Part shown: in pieces, positions 50,772 to 61,817 of the stretch
Numbering within the stretch: the stretch's first letter is position 1
Layout: each line of letters opens with the position of its first letter
From: Paraspadella gotoi
Lineage: Eukaryota; Animalia; Chaetognatha
Length of the DNA: 64,000 nt
Direction: 5' to 3'
NCBI GenBank assembly: GCA_051294375.1
Contig: CM119266.1
Coordinates: 19,975,657 to 20,039,656, forward strand
Position numbers and translations under genes: made by a program
Notes under the pieces: model-generated
What the model was told of the DNA's origin: nothing
Databases searched by the model: none
The model's input: the letters and a program-made list of their open reading frames with translations, nothing else

Positions 50772-52247
50772 GAGTAAAAATGAGACAAAAAAAAGAAGGA
50801 ATGAATAAAAAAAAATTAATATTTTAAAAGTAATTTCAAATGACCAGTTGTGACGGCGACTTTCATGAGCGCCTGTTTAAACTCGTCAGCTCCTTTCTTT
50901 TTCGGGAGGTGAAAGTTTTTCGCGCCGCCGGTGATAGAGATGAGCAGCGCAGGAATGGGAAGGTCCCAGCGGCGCAGCAGCAGCTCGAGTATCGTCTCCA
51001 TCGACGTCGTCTTCAAATAGAAATTACGAAACGTTGGAATTCAAACAATTTTGCAACAGTACACTTCAGTAGCAGACAACTAACATTGGAGACCCTGACG
51101 TATTTTCCGACGTTTTTCGTTCCCTTGAACTGGATTTCGCCGAAAGCGTCCGTTGGAAGTTCGACCGTGTCCCGCTCCGGGCGCCATTGTCCCCCGGAGC
51201 TCGGAGATTGGGCTTCCGGTTCAGCGTGAGCGGTGTTGGGATCTGGCAACGAATTGTCGCGAGATGATGAAGAAGCGAGAGCGCTCTCGCTGTGCTTTGA
51301 CTTCTTTCCTCCGCATTGGCAAAACAGAGGCGTCAATCTGCAAAAAATCAAAACGCTTCCTGTTGAGTCGCGTAATAATTCGAAGTTGGTCAACGTTCAT
51401 AGCATTACATATTACACAAATAGGAACCGGGCATTTCATGGATTTAAATTTTAAGAGCGATAACCATTCATTTGATAAAACTGGAAAAAAATTGGGCAAA
51501 AAAGGGTAACTAATGTCTGCGCCCGTTGCTTTTTTATTTAATTTTAATTGCGATCTTTTAATTCTCTTTTTTAGCTAATTTTACATAAAAAATGTTTACT
51601 TCATTGTTTATGCACCGAGTTTACTATCCGATTTTTATACCTTTTAACAACAGATAATAATTTCTCATGAAGCTAAAAGCTTTTAATTTCCGTGAAATAC
51701 AAAAATTTAAATTTATACTTATAATTATAAGTTATACTTGCCTTTCTACTGATTGTTCATTTAATGTCACTCCAACGAATCGGTTACAGCGCCTCTTTTT
51801 TATCGTTTGTTTTATGAACTGCGTTTCTCGGACGTTCTGATAAAGTAACAAATAGGAAATAAGTTAGGGTAGGAATTTGTATAACTTTTAATCCCAGAGT
51901 CTATAGGAAACTACTTCAGTAACAGAAAAAAGTTAAGTTAAACCGTTTGCCATGAATATAACTGTATATAATGTAGATGCTGAGAAGTAGCTGCAACGGG
52001 GTTGACTATCTTTTATCATAAAAAACTGTAAAAAAGCTAACTTTTTCTTTTTATAAAACTAATAACTTATAAATTAATGTATTGACGAAATATCGTCTTG
52101 GGCTTCGTCTTGAAACCCGGGTTTTAGCCCAGGTCTAAATCATCTTGGAAAAAGAGTGACGGTCCGGTTAACCCACCGGAAGCAATCATACCGCCAGATC
52201 TGAAATTTCTTACTCAGGCAACTCACGGAAAAATCTCGGAGGTGCAT
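27455..52247 (-). CDS. TRPM2: TRPM2-like ADP-ribose-gated cation channel with inserted VWA domain and C-terminal NUDT9-H domain (~35 exons; first exon tentative; 2-3 apparent 1-nt frameshifts)
   Basis: Hand-spliced motifs in order: IKKRRC...CQCG (51836-51742, 51337-51085); TDAFGEIQF, LLISITGGAKNF (51010-50845); GAWILTGGTHTGVMRHVG (50653-50454); LDPNHSHFILIDDGT (50031-49930); EGGPGT, GSGRAADIIAYAY (48970-48837); QLKLALAWNRVD (42678-42524); ELFIWCVL (39971-39738); FYHAP (~35450); S1-S2 EEFRQ (34256-34125); S3-S5 WNQVD, LGPKVVMI (33777-33391); pore YWNIYGELFL (32691-32581); S6 NILLLNLLIAMF (32435-32272); TRP box WKYQR (32177-32026); NUDT9-H SPYPG...RFYIPDDRVDW, NPQGRTGLRGRG, WGLPGG...EFTEEA, GYVDDPRNTDNAW (29123-27455). 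Confidence 0.93.
29204..31002 (-). other. VWA-domain exons within the TRPM2-like CDS (31002-30816, 30516-30366, 29862-29652, 29268-29204)
   Basis: In-frame GT-AG exons with phases 1-2, 2-0, 0-1, 1-0: ACGHRHKFDLLFCLDECFGADSFAKVIDFVAILTSCLKIGRDANQVAVARFGEDIVAEFPFNKYLDKTNLLREIRSL...LFTRLQGKRTEPHVTKIAIVITAD...TLYAIGAGSKINVAALQAATGGRTDRLF...VLASMC, which follows the VWA pattern throughout. Confidence 0.85.
32800..32941 (-). mobile_element. Telomere-repeat MITE, truncated copy C
   Basis: GGGCGCTTTTGGAAAAGAGAGCC terminus followed by TAA; (TTAGGG)-like interior. Confidence 0.6.
34561..35373 (+). mobile_element. HINE-like family B copy containing a nested reverse family A copy (34809-35042)
   Basis: 5' AGTCGGATCTGC and 3' GATCCGACATTGTTTG match 13717-14690; the interior is interrupted by family A termini. 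Confidence 0.65.
35610..35812 (-). mobile_element. Telomere-repeat MITE, truncated copy D
   Basis: GGGGCGGTCTGGGAAAAGAGAGCC terminus; TTAGG-like interior. Confidence 0.6.
36410..38539 (+). CDS. Flavin-containing amine oxidase / L-amino-acid oxidase family protein, nested antisense in a TRPM2 intron. Exons 36410-36470, 36540-36758, 36861-38539
   Basis: Rossmann motif DIAIVGAGPAGLMAAYEL, GG motif EQADRVGGRILT, GEAGGMRLP, FDAVVLTVP and C-terminal LYFAGDAWSYKPQWQEGS; canonical phase-1 introns; no signal peptide evident. Confidence 0.88.
41100..41913 (-). CDS. TSPO: Translocator protein (TspO/MBR family), ~174 aa, nested on the same strand in TRPM2 intron 40676-42523. Exons 41913-41797, 41729-41630, 41561-41440, 41361-41250, 41173-41100
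   Basis: Spliced product ...VLSCIVPHIAGY...SWYKSLKVPWRPSGAIYRPIWTFLYTGTGYAAYLVLIAGGGFNETTHVPLINWVAQLLVNLAWGHLMFKSRRLELALAN...YLLWCLLSTSHNYNIWKLNPEHR* parallels TSPO (WYxxLxKP, PVWxxLYxxMGYxSYLV, QLxLNxAW, YLxWxxxxxxxNYxxWRxN). All intron phases agree. Confidence 0.88.
43399..47977 (+). CDS. Nested antisense gene with MYCBP/Dpy-30-like dimerisation-docking segment and acidic coiled-coil C-terminus; 5' exons unresolved, spans a ~100-N gap
   Basis: 3' exons ~46436-46529, 46631-46741, ~47185-47292 and 47363-47977 splice in frame: LVFHGYLRRCGLTKIIIGALTELYENQ-GDTEDPLLFMKTYF...LENLTDK-VETVLCEIE...-PGDLDSE...RRVRFGA...EEEE. Whether the basic ORF at 43399 and the exon near 44442-44600 belong to the same gene is uncertain. 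Confidence 0.6.
45278..45410 (+). ncRNA. Minimal type I hammerhead ribozyme (Penelope-like element type) enclosed by a perfect 36-bp inverted repeat
   Basis: AATG-CTGATGA-A-GGCTT-GTAGTT-AAGCC-GAAAC-AT-GTC-CGTT at 45324-45365: conserved core, stem II, palindromic ACATGT stem III, GUC triplet and 4-bp stem I. Arms 45278-45313 / 45375-45410. Partial second copy at ~11354-11410. Confidence 0.75.
48458..49508 (-). mobile_element. Two short HINE family A terminal remnants (48458-48513 and 49454-49508); another at 44069-44097 (+)
   Basis: Degenerate AAAAGTGACTTA.AGAGTTGC...GCGGCGCAA hairpin ends. Confidence 0.5.
50095..50420 (+). mobile_element. Telomere-repeat MITE, copy E (one TIR, purest TAACCC array)
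   Basis: GGCTCTCTTTTCCAAAAGCGCCCCATTTC followed by many CCCTAA/CCTAA units. Confidence 0.7.
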
Positions 52248-52309
52248 TGGTCAGTAGTCACTCTAAATCTTGGGCGTGGAGACCATCGGTTCTCCCTGTC
52301 ATTTCTGTA

Positions 52310-53060
52310 TATTTATTTGTTAAAAAGAGTAAAACTTAAAATTTAAAAATAAATCCTTCCGAAATTAAAGAAAAACAATGATCTTGCAATTTTCATAGGG
52401 CTTAACTTCTTTTTTTACATGAAATGATGAATGTATAAATTCAATTTTGGTTAATAACGTCATTTCAGTACGAGTCGATCGAACTCAGAGGCCAAACTAA
52501 AATACTTCGTATCGATTTAATTACATTAGGTTCATCAATTATTTTGGTCAGCCGTCGAGTATGAAAAACGAAAAAAAAAAGAGTGGCGACATTAACGACT
52601 AAGTCAGAATTCAATCTGATAAAGTTTGTAAATTAAATTTCTCCTATAGACATTTCTAAAAATTACACCTGTGCGGTTCACAAGAGTTTTAATTTTATTG
52701 TGATGTTTGTTTCTTGTTGCTGCCTTGAAATTTTTAACTTCATCAATAATCGATATTGTGAACAGTCAAACGTCCTTTTCGTCAAAATCATTGTTCTTTC
52801 GACTTTTTCTGATGACCCTATTTTTTTAGTTTATGTTTCGAAGATGTTGCTTTCCCGGTATTCAATGTCAATGTTTTTATTATTGATTTTTTATTTATTT
52901 ATTTTTATTATTTACTTTGTGTCGTCAAGCTTGTGTCATCCTTCATGTTTTTCTTTGTTTTCTATTGTGTTCGATCCATTCAGTGGGCAGAGTTTGAATG
53001 ATTTACGATCTCATTAAAACCTGTTTACGTATAATACTGCACGATTTAGAGTTTTTAAAA
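52310..53060. promoter_or_regulatory. Putative bidirectional promoter region between TRPM2 (-) and PGGHG (+)
   Basis: The inferred starts are head-to-head about 0.8 kb apart; positional inference only. Confidence 0.35.
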
Positions 53061-54987
53061 ATGGTCCAAAACATGTTTACTTCGCTAAGTATTATATTGA
53101 TGATTGTGTGTGACTGCTCTTCTTCGGCCCCTCGCGCTCCGCCATGGAAAGAAGTTCTTCGGGGAGAAACCCCCTGTTACACAGGTATGAAATGCTTGAC
53201 CTACTATTCAATTTGTCTTACATTCTCGAAGAATTTTCTAAATAAGATGTGATTTTATTAAATTGGTACAATTGGTACAATTCAGCTATAATCATACAAC
53301 GAAAATATGTATGCAAAATGTTCGTTGCTTTGTATTTCATTTTATTCACGATATTTTTGTCGTACAACTTAAACGCCTCATTCACTGGTGGTCCTGCAAT
53401 GGGCAATCGGGAATGTACCCCGCTTGAAACTGCGCATGCATGCTCTTGTGGGTTTAGATGCGCCGGTAGAAGGGGGCCGGGGCGTACTTTATGCTAATTC
53501 ATTATCATGATATCTAGAATCCAAACTAATTAATATTAACTGGAACGGGACTCCTTGGGGGCTGGAACAAGATTCTCCAACGTTGTTTCGTTCTCGGCGA
53601 ATGCCTCTTCCCTATATATATCCAGAGATTGGCAACGGACATATAGCGACTGTAGTTTTAAGGTACAAAATGACGGTACTACCCCTAGGACTAAATACTA
53701 TATAGTACTACATAATGACTAAATTTTTTTATTTATTCATATTTACTTAATAATTGATGTGCGATTTTCCAAACTGACTTATGAGAATAAAAAGATAAAG
53801 ATTTTTTTAGAGACACCGTGTTCATGAATGGTCTCTACAACGGTGAACTGGGAAAGAGTCACAGAGCAAGAATACCATCTACAAACAATTTGTACTGTAT
53901 CTACGGTGACGAGCCCGTTATAGGTGCGATCATAAATACCCCGGGAGCCATAACAAATGGCATGCGGTAAAAATAGATAACACCAAAATTACTAAATAAA
54001 ATTATTTTATCATCGTCATTATTACAAGTATGATTGGCTAAAATTAGCTTCCTAAAAATGGGCATGGGAGAGCGAATGACGTTGTTCATTTGCTTTTACA
54101 ATTCTTTCAAATGGTTAACGACCTAAATAAAAGGGTCTTCTCCGAAATTCCAAAGCGATATTTCCATCGTCATCACCGAAGCTTCGAGAAATCTTCCAAT
54201 TTTATTCATTTTGATTTACTCAAAATGTATTCGTCTCTCTTCCGTTAACGTTTATAAAATATTGTAATTGACGTTTATTAATGTATTAGTTTTATTAACC
54301 TTTTTGCTGTTTCGAATATGTTTATGTATATTTTTTTATGTTTATGTATATATTTATGTATGTTTAAGTATATACAATAGAATAATACATAGAATATCTA
54401 TATGTTTTGATTATTTTATTGAGGTATAACTTTCATGTCGAACAAAATTAGACTTTGTTCTGGACACTTTATGCAACTTATAAAAAGTTGAAGGGAGGCG
54501 TTAGTAAGCCTCACTGTATTCTTCAATTATTTGACCAAATGCTGCAAAAACATTAATCCTTAGAACTGAGTGCTTTTAATCCACATATAAATATATTCTA
54601 AATTTCTAATGCAATACTGCTGCCGTCTTGGATGCCAAATTGCATGCAACCGACCACGTATGCTTCATAAAATAATCAATTTCATATCGTAAACAGTAGG
54701 TTATTAAATCGTAATTCATACAAGAAAAACGTCAATGATTTTTATCACTTTAAAAAATCGAAATGTTTGTATCTTAATAGTACATTAATTGTATCTTAAT
54801 AATACAAGGAAGAATTGTAGCGATTTTATTAGTTTTGTTATCTGTTCTGGCTCACGAGGTTCTTTAAAAATATATTTTCCATAAAATAAAATTGATAATT
54901 TAAGTATTGTCAAGGTGCAGTTAATAAACAAATACTTTAGTTTATGATTTTATCTTATCTTTACTCTTCATAATTATTAAATAAATA

Positions 54988-55050
<63 letters not shown>

Positions 55051-58000
55051 TTATTCTTCGTTGTCGCAGATGTGGTCCATCAGCTGGACGTTGGCCACGG
55101 AATCTTTTCCCAAACCTTCGTTACGGAATTTTACAACTTGACGCACAAAACCTATGCTCATCGTGATATTGAGGAATTGCTTATCACGTCGCTTGAGTTT
55201 CGGCGAATCAGAAGGCAGAACCGCGTTGAGAACATAACGATATACAACAACGATGGAAGTATGGGAGAACTAAACGCGAGGGACATTCAGGTCAACGAAT
55301 GATAAAACTTTTGACGGCGAAAGAAATACTCAGTGATTATTTATGGTCTTTTCTAGCGATTAGTAATTAAAATTTCCTAAACTACAGTTTGTGGAGACTA
55401 CAGTAAAACCAGGAAAAAAGGAAGAGCCAGCAATCATCTACTCCCAGGGTGAAACCTTGATACCCGAGCGACCTTGGAGTCCCCCTGCGCCAACTCTCGA
55501 AACTGTCCATCGTTATCATCACGACCTTTCAGACGGAACTGGTGCTCCGGGAACAGGAAAGGGTATTCATGAACAACATTAAAATAGTATAACTGTATAG
55601 TTCAAAATTTATTTATTAAATACAAAATAAATTTAACATAATTTTTCGATTGATTATTATTTTTCAAGATAAATTGTAAATTGTAAATTTAATTAAGATG
55701 TCATAAAAATAATATTTCCCTTAAAAGAACAATTTTGTATTCCTTCTATTTTTAAATTTTTACTTTTTTCTAAAAGAACGATGGCACTCAATCACTTGTG
55801 AGCTTTTGTGAGTTTTATACCGGTCAATTTTTTTTTGTTTTAAAAGGTCCCATATCTTTTACAATTTTTTTTTTTTTTAGTTTTCCAAGTTTTGCCTCAA
55901 GAAGCGACCAAACGATGGACGTTTCTCACGTCAATTAGTCACTCCAAATCAAAGGCTTGGAAAAGTTTTCTCCAGGGAATTATTAAAGTATGTGTTTTAT
56001 GATTATTAAATAAAAATGAGAAATTCATAGTAAAATTACATTTCATGTTCTCATCTTTGCAGTCTCGCACCAACAATTTGGAAGACAGCCACAAAGACGC
56101 TTGGTTGAAGTTTGGGAAATCAGGCACTATTGAGGTCAGTAATATTTTAAATAATATATTGGAGAGCTTGTATTTCAATCTGCTTCACAATGTAAAACTT
56201 CGATCAGTTTAAAAATGTAGTTTAACTATTTTCAGCCATTATAATCAATTTAAGTCTCTAATCAATTATCATAAATAAGCTGTTAACAATTTATTACGTA
56301 ACACAACTATTTGTAATTCTTGTAAGGTTTTAACCGGTAACGATAGAGTTTTCAGTTTTGCATAAATTTTTTTTAACTGTCAGACAGAAAAACGGACAGA
56401 CAAACAAAAGTCACAACTCTGTCTGTCGCTTTTGCTTTAGTTTCATTCCTTTTCATAAAAAAATATATTAGTGATTTAGTGTCCTTAATAATCGGGTTTA
56501 AACTTAATGAAGAGTTTAGACGACTATCACTATGGTGTAACTCGACTACATTTTAAATTAGGTTAAAGGACCCGCTTCTCTAAAACTCGCCCAGGGGATA
56601 AATGGAGCATTATATTATTTAAAATCCAGTCTTCCAATGGGAAGAAACAATACTCAATGGCCATTTTTTGGCTTAAGGTATCTTATATAAAATACCTTGT
56701 ACGTACCATAATATATATATTATATAAATTATATTATGTTCATGGTAACGCTAACATTTTAGTAAAAATTGAAATCTCGAACAAACACAATTTCTACAGT
56801 CCAGGAGGGCTAGCGCATGGTCACACAGAAAAGGATTACTCGGGCCACGTTTTCTGGGATCAAGATGTTTGGATGTTCCCACCAATTTTGCTTTTACATT
56901 CGGATATCAGTCGTCAACTTTTGTCGTCCAGAACACGAATAATTGGGTGATTATTAAATATAAAAATATCATTGTAAACTAATGAAAATATAGTCAAAGA
57001 GCTGATAAAGCAATATAAAATTAGTGGTAGTACTCTTTTTTAAATAATTATGCGGTTCTTGTATCATTTTATATTTTCTTAAAGTTTTTTTTTGTAAACC
57101 CTGAAGTTCTTTCTTCTCTGCGCTGTTTTGCTCAGTGAGTCAAAAGTGAAGGCGCGTCGCTATGGTTACAAAGGCGCCATGTACCCTTGGGAAGCGGCGT
57201 ACACCGGGGTCGACGTCTGTCCGGGAGAATCGTACATAAAATCAGAAATTCACGTCACAGCGGACGTCGCCTTCGCGATACGTCAATATGTTGATGCCAC
57301 CAACGACTTGTCCATCTTGATCGATGATGAAATTAACGCAGCGTACGTCATAGAGGTGAATATGGATAAACTGGAAGATCCCTTCACTGGTTAAGCAGAG
57401 CCATTAATTCATGCCATTTAGTGATTCATGTATATTTAAGGAAATCGCTAAGTTCTGGGCATCGCGCCTAAGTCGCGACAAATCAAACCCTAATCGATAC
57501 AGTATTTTAGACGTGATGTGTCCTGATGAATACGGTTGGGGAGACGACAATGGTTTTACCAACTATGGCGCAAAGCTTGCTTTGAAGGTGAATCAGTTTA
57601 CGGTCTACAGTACACCATATAAAGTAGTTTAAAATATTAAATATTCAGTTATTCACTTTATAATTGACTACAGTCAAACCAATTAAATCTCGATTCACTT
57701 GAAAAAAAAACAAGCTCCCAGATCATCTGTTACCACTCATTGGAAAGAAACCTCAAAACGATACATGGACCCATCTTGCCGAAAATATTACGATGCTTTA
57801 TAACGAGGAGCTGAGCATCCATCCAGAGTACAAGCAATACATGGGCCAGCAGGTTTGATAACCTGGCAAAGTACCATGTGCTATTTTCGCCATTTATTGA
57901 CAAATTTATTTATTTCAGGTTAAACAAGCCGACGTCATATTGCTGGGATTCCCGCTAATGATGAACATGAGTCGAGAGGTTCGAGAGAACGATCTAACTT

Positions 58001-59116
58001 ATTACGAGGTAAAAACAAAGGATATAAAAAAGGTGTCGGCGTGCATTAATGCGAACCATCTTCGTTAAAGAACGTCACGGATCCTAACGGGCCGGCCATG
58101 ACGTGGGGAATGTTTTCTGTAGGATGGTTGGAGTTGGGAGACAAAGAGAAAGGCGAAAATCTCTTCGAGAAAAATTTTGACTACATTCAGGTCTTTTTCA
58201 TAGGGTTTGTATAAAATATAGAATATATTTAAAAATTAATGACAATAATGATATCGGGTTTACCTAGAGCTAAAAACGTTGAAGGTTATCATAGATAGGT
58301 TACCACCTGATGACCTTTTAGTTTAAAATTATAAATTAATGATATTTGCAAAATTTCTTGTTCTATTGTTTGTCGGATTCAAAATTTAAAAAGCGCGAAA
58401 AAATTCTTCTATTTTTATAAGATAAACAGTGAACATCGCTTTTTCTTTCACAGGATCCTTTCAAAGTGTGGACGGAGACATCCTATCGTGCTGGAGCAGT
58501 GAATTTTTTGACAGGAATGGGAGGATTCCTCCAAGGAATTTTGTTTGGCTTTGGTGGCATACGAATTAATTCGCACTGCATGTTCCTATGCCCAACATTA
58601 ATGCCCAATGTAACTGAAATGACATTCGTCGGAATGGATTACCAAGGATACTCGTTTGATTTGCAGGTGACTTTTATCGAAACTGAAACGGGACAGAGGA
58701 GAAAAAGTGGCCGCTGATGAAGGGTTTATGGGCTTTAGTCCACCATAGTAGAGTATTTGGTAATATTACTTTTAAAATAAAATTTTGTTTAATTTTTTAC
58801 CCATCAGTTCATACTCATCTCCAATTGTACAGGAGGTCATGAGGGCAAAGTCTTAAATAACAAATAACAAATAGGCATGATTTCTAATCGCCAGGTAAAA
58901 TCCAACCATATGTTCGTTACTTTAACGGCTCGGGAAGCGGAAAGCGACCGTCGCATCTACCTTTTCCGACGGGGCTACGGAGCGAAATGGATGTATTATC
59001 TTCACCAAAAATATACATTCATCCGTGGGCCTGCTATTCTGTATACTGCAGCCCAAGAACAATACATAAAAACGCACAGTGAAGAACTCTTTACTCAAGT
59101 CAATTGTCAGACATGA
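53061..59116 (+). CDS. PGGHG: Protein-glucosylgalactosylhydroxylysine glucosidase / acid trehalase-like 1 (GH65), multi-exon
   Basis: Exon motifs IGNGHIATVV, VFMNGLYNG...SHRARIPS, YSGHVFWDQDVWMFPPILLLH, YKGAMYPWEAAYTGVDVCP...EIHVTADVAFA, DVMCPDEY, VKQADVILLGFPL, GPAMTWGMF, GAVNFLTGMGGFLQGILFGFGGIRI. Confidence 0.92.
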
Positions 59117-60507
59117 GTTTCCAAAAATAATTTTTCATGGTTTTTAACTTATTAAATAAAACAACGTTCCAACAACCTGATAGGCTGGTTTGGCCGAGAT
59201 TGGCCTACTTGTCATTTTTATCGACAAAGGGACCACGGTTGAAGCATTCGGCACTATCTCCACCGACTCGATGTGTCCATATCCTTGATTTTCCATTTTT
59301 AGTAATTACGAAAAATTGTCCGAATTTTAACGTATTTATTCGCCTTCTGAATTACTGATGTTAAAAAATCGGACGACGGACACGCAATATTTGATGGATC
59401 CGTTTGCTTACCCTTTGTAGCTAGGCAACTCGAAAAAGCTGTCGGATTGGTCGGGTATATTAACTGACATTTTGTCAGTTTAATTAAAAAAAGTTCAGGA
59501 ATTTCGTAGTTTTTAATTTCCACTAAAACTTTTATAAATATAGTAGCCCAAATCGTGTTAAAACTATATGAAAAAACACGTTTGAAAATCATATTAATCC
59601 AAAAATAAATTATTCATAGTACCTGCATATCTGATATTTAATAATTATAACGAACCCAAAACCTACAATATTCGTTCTGGTAGCCGATTTCTATACAAAG
59701 AGAAAAGGAGCAACTAAAAAACTCAATTTATATTCACCAGTAGATCTTTCCCTATGCATAATGGCTGCAGCAGTAAAAGTTTTTTTGGCCTCGATTATTA
59801 AAATAAATTATAATAAGATTCTTCACCTCATAGCGTGATAACTGTGAGTTTGTGAAATTAATAACTGATCGAAGTGGGGATCTCTCTATATGGCTTTGCT
59901 TATGGCTTGATACAGTGCAATGCAGCATCAGATCATCAGCATCAGAAAACAAGAACCGGAAAGTTCAAGGTATCACGCCGCAGTGACTTCCTTTCGTGGA
60001 TTTATTTCCCGATGATCACGTGATTACAAAAGTATAAAACATATGGGATTGGCTGAACGATGGTGGATGTGAGGCAAGATACAGATTTTTAAATCCCAAC
60101 TTCGTTAAAAGTAGGTTTTGTTCTGATTGCGGTTGCTAGAGTAAACGCGCTGGTCCAAATTGCCGCCACCCTATTGCCTCAATAACTATCCGCAAAGTAA
60201 TAATTTTTGTCCGAAGAATCGATTTTAATTTTCTTTTATGTTAACATCTAAATTTATGCTAATTAAACAAATGACTCGCAGAATGAATTTCATCACCAAA
60301 CATGACAATTACTAACTTAGTTTGAAACTTTTCCAAAGAGTAAAATGTGAGAATTTACGAACGTACGTACGTCTATATACTTATCTAAATTCGTCATAAA
60401 ACGTCAGATTATTTGTGACCTTTGTGAACTATTCTGTCTCGAAAACTAAACATGAAAGAACGTGCTGTATATTTTATGCATACGCCTTTACTTCATAAAT
60501 GCTAATA

Positions 60508-61817
60508 TCAAGATTTACAGCAAGATGATACTATAGATGTGGTTCCTCCTCTTATTCCGTCGAGAACTGTACCGCGTCCGTCCCCGAGCAATCCCGAAAC
60601 ACCGCCGCTCCCGTACCACAGTTCGTTTTCCCGCGCCTCCCGTGTGAGGTCGCGGGCGATCTCGAGAAAAAGCGTTTCCACGTTCTCGCTCTCTTTGGCG
60701 GAAGTTTCGAGAAAACGCATGTCGTGGCGTTCGGCGAAATCGCGGCCGATCCGTTGGGGAACTTCGCGATTGGTTATGCGATCGCATTTGTTGCCTGAGT
60801 GGTAAAATGAAAATCTTAACTAGGATAATATAAATATTTAAAATTTAAATAAAAGTTTTAAAAGTTATGGTCATTGAAATCGCTTCGTTACACATAAAAA
60901 AAATCAATTTAGATACAAATTACAAGAAAAATCAAAACTTTTGGTTATAAAATTTAAATTGGATCCTTTCTGCACAAACGTAGAAAAGATTTAACTATGG
61001 TTTTTCGAATATTACCCCAACCACTCCTAATCTAAATACCCCTAACCTTTACCAAATTTTAATGGGTTGTAATGATACATGCGAATAAAATAACGGATCG
61101 GTTAAGTTCTAGGAGGTGAAAGTAAAAGAATGCCAAATACGGTATTGTCCCTTCACTTTGAACCGCCTATTATGGGTTAAGGCCTTCATCTCTTTTATGT
61201 GATAACAAAGCGGGTCTCATTAAGCTTTCATTTCAAACTCTCAAACTAATCTCTAGTAGACGCAGATAAAATACATTTTGAATGTCCCTTTAGGTAGTTA
61301 ATTTTATATAAATTGGAATAGGAAACGAAAACGACAATATTTATACAATCTGACTGAATCAGACGTCGTCCTCCGATCATCTATTACCGACGAGATAAGT
61401 GAGGACATTCGTGCTGGCGTACATTTCGATTTCTCTGAGCCAATCGGGCAGACAATCGAAGGATGATTGGCAAGAGATATCGTAGACGAGAATGAGAGCA
61501 TTGGCGCTGCGATAGTACGACTGCGTGATGGATCTAAATCGTTCCTGCCCCGCCGTGTCCCAGATCTATCGGCGAGATTATAAGAAGGATAAAGGTTGAG
61601 CGTAAAAAAAAAACCTTAACAGATACAAAATATTCTCCACCTGCAGTTTGATTTTTTCTCCATTAATTTCGACAGTTTTGATCATGAAATCTACGCCGAT
61701 GGTGGCGCCTTGACCAGGCGGGAAAAGGCCCTGAGTAAAACGCCTGACTAGACACGTTTTACCCACACCGGCATTCCCTATCAAAACCACCTTGAAGAGA
61801 AACTTGTAATCGTCCAT
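60508..61817 (-). CDS. RAB30: Rab30 small GTPase. Exons 61817-61641, 61565-61388, 60794-60508
   Basis: [88 protein letters not shown] and C-terminal CCKS prenylation motif. Confidence 0.96.
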
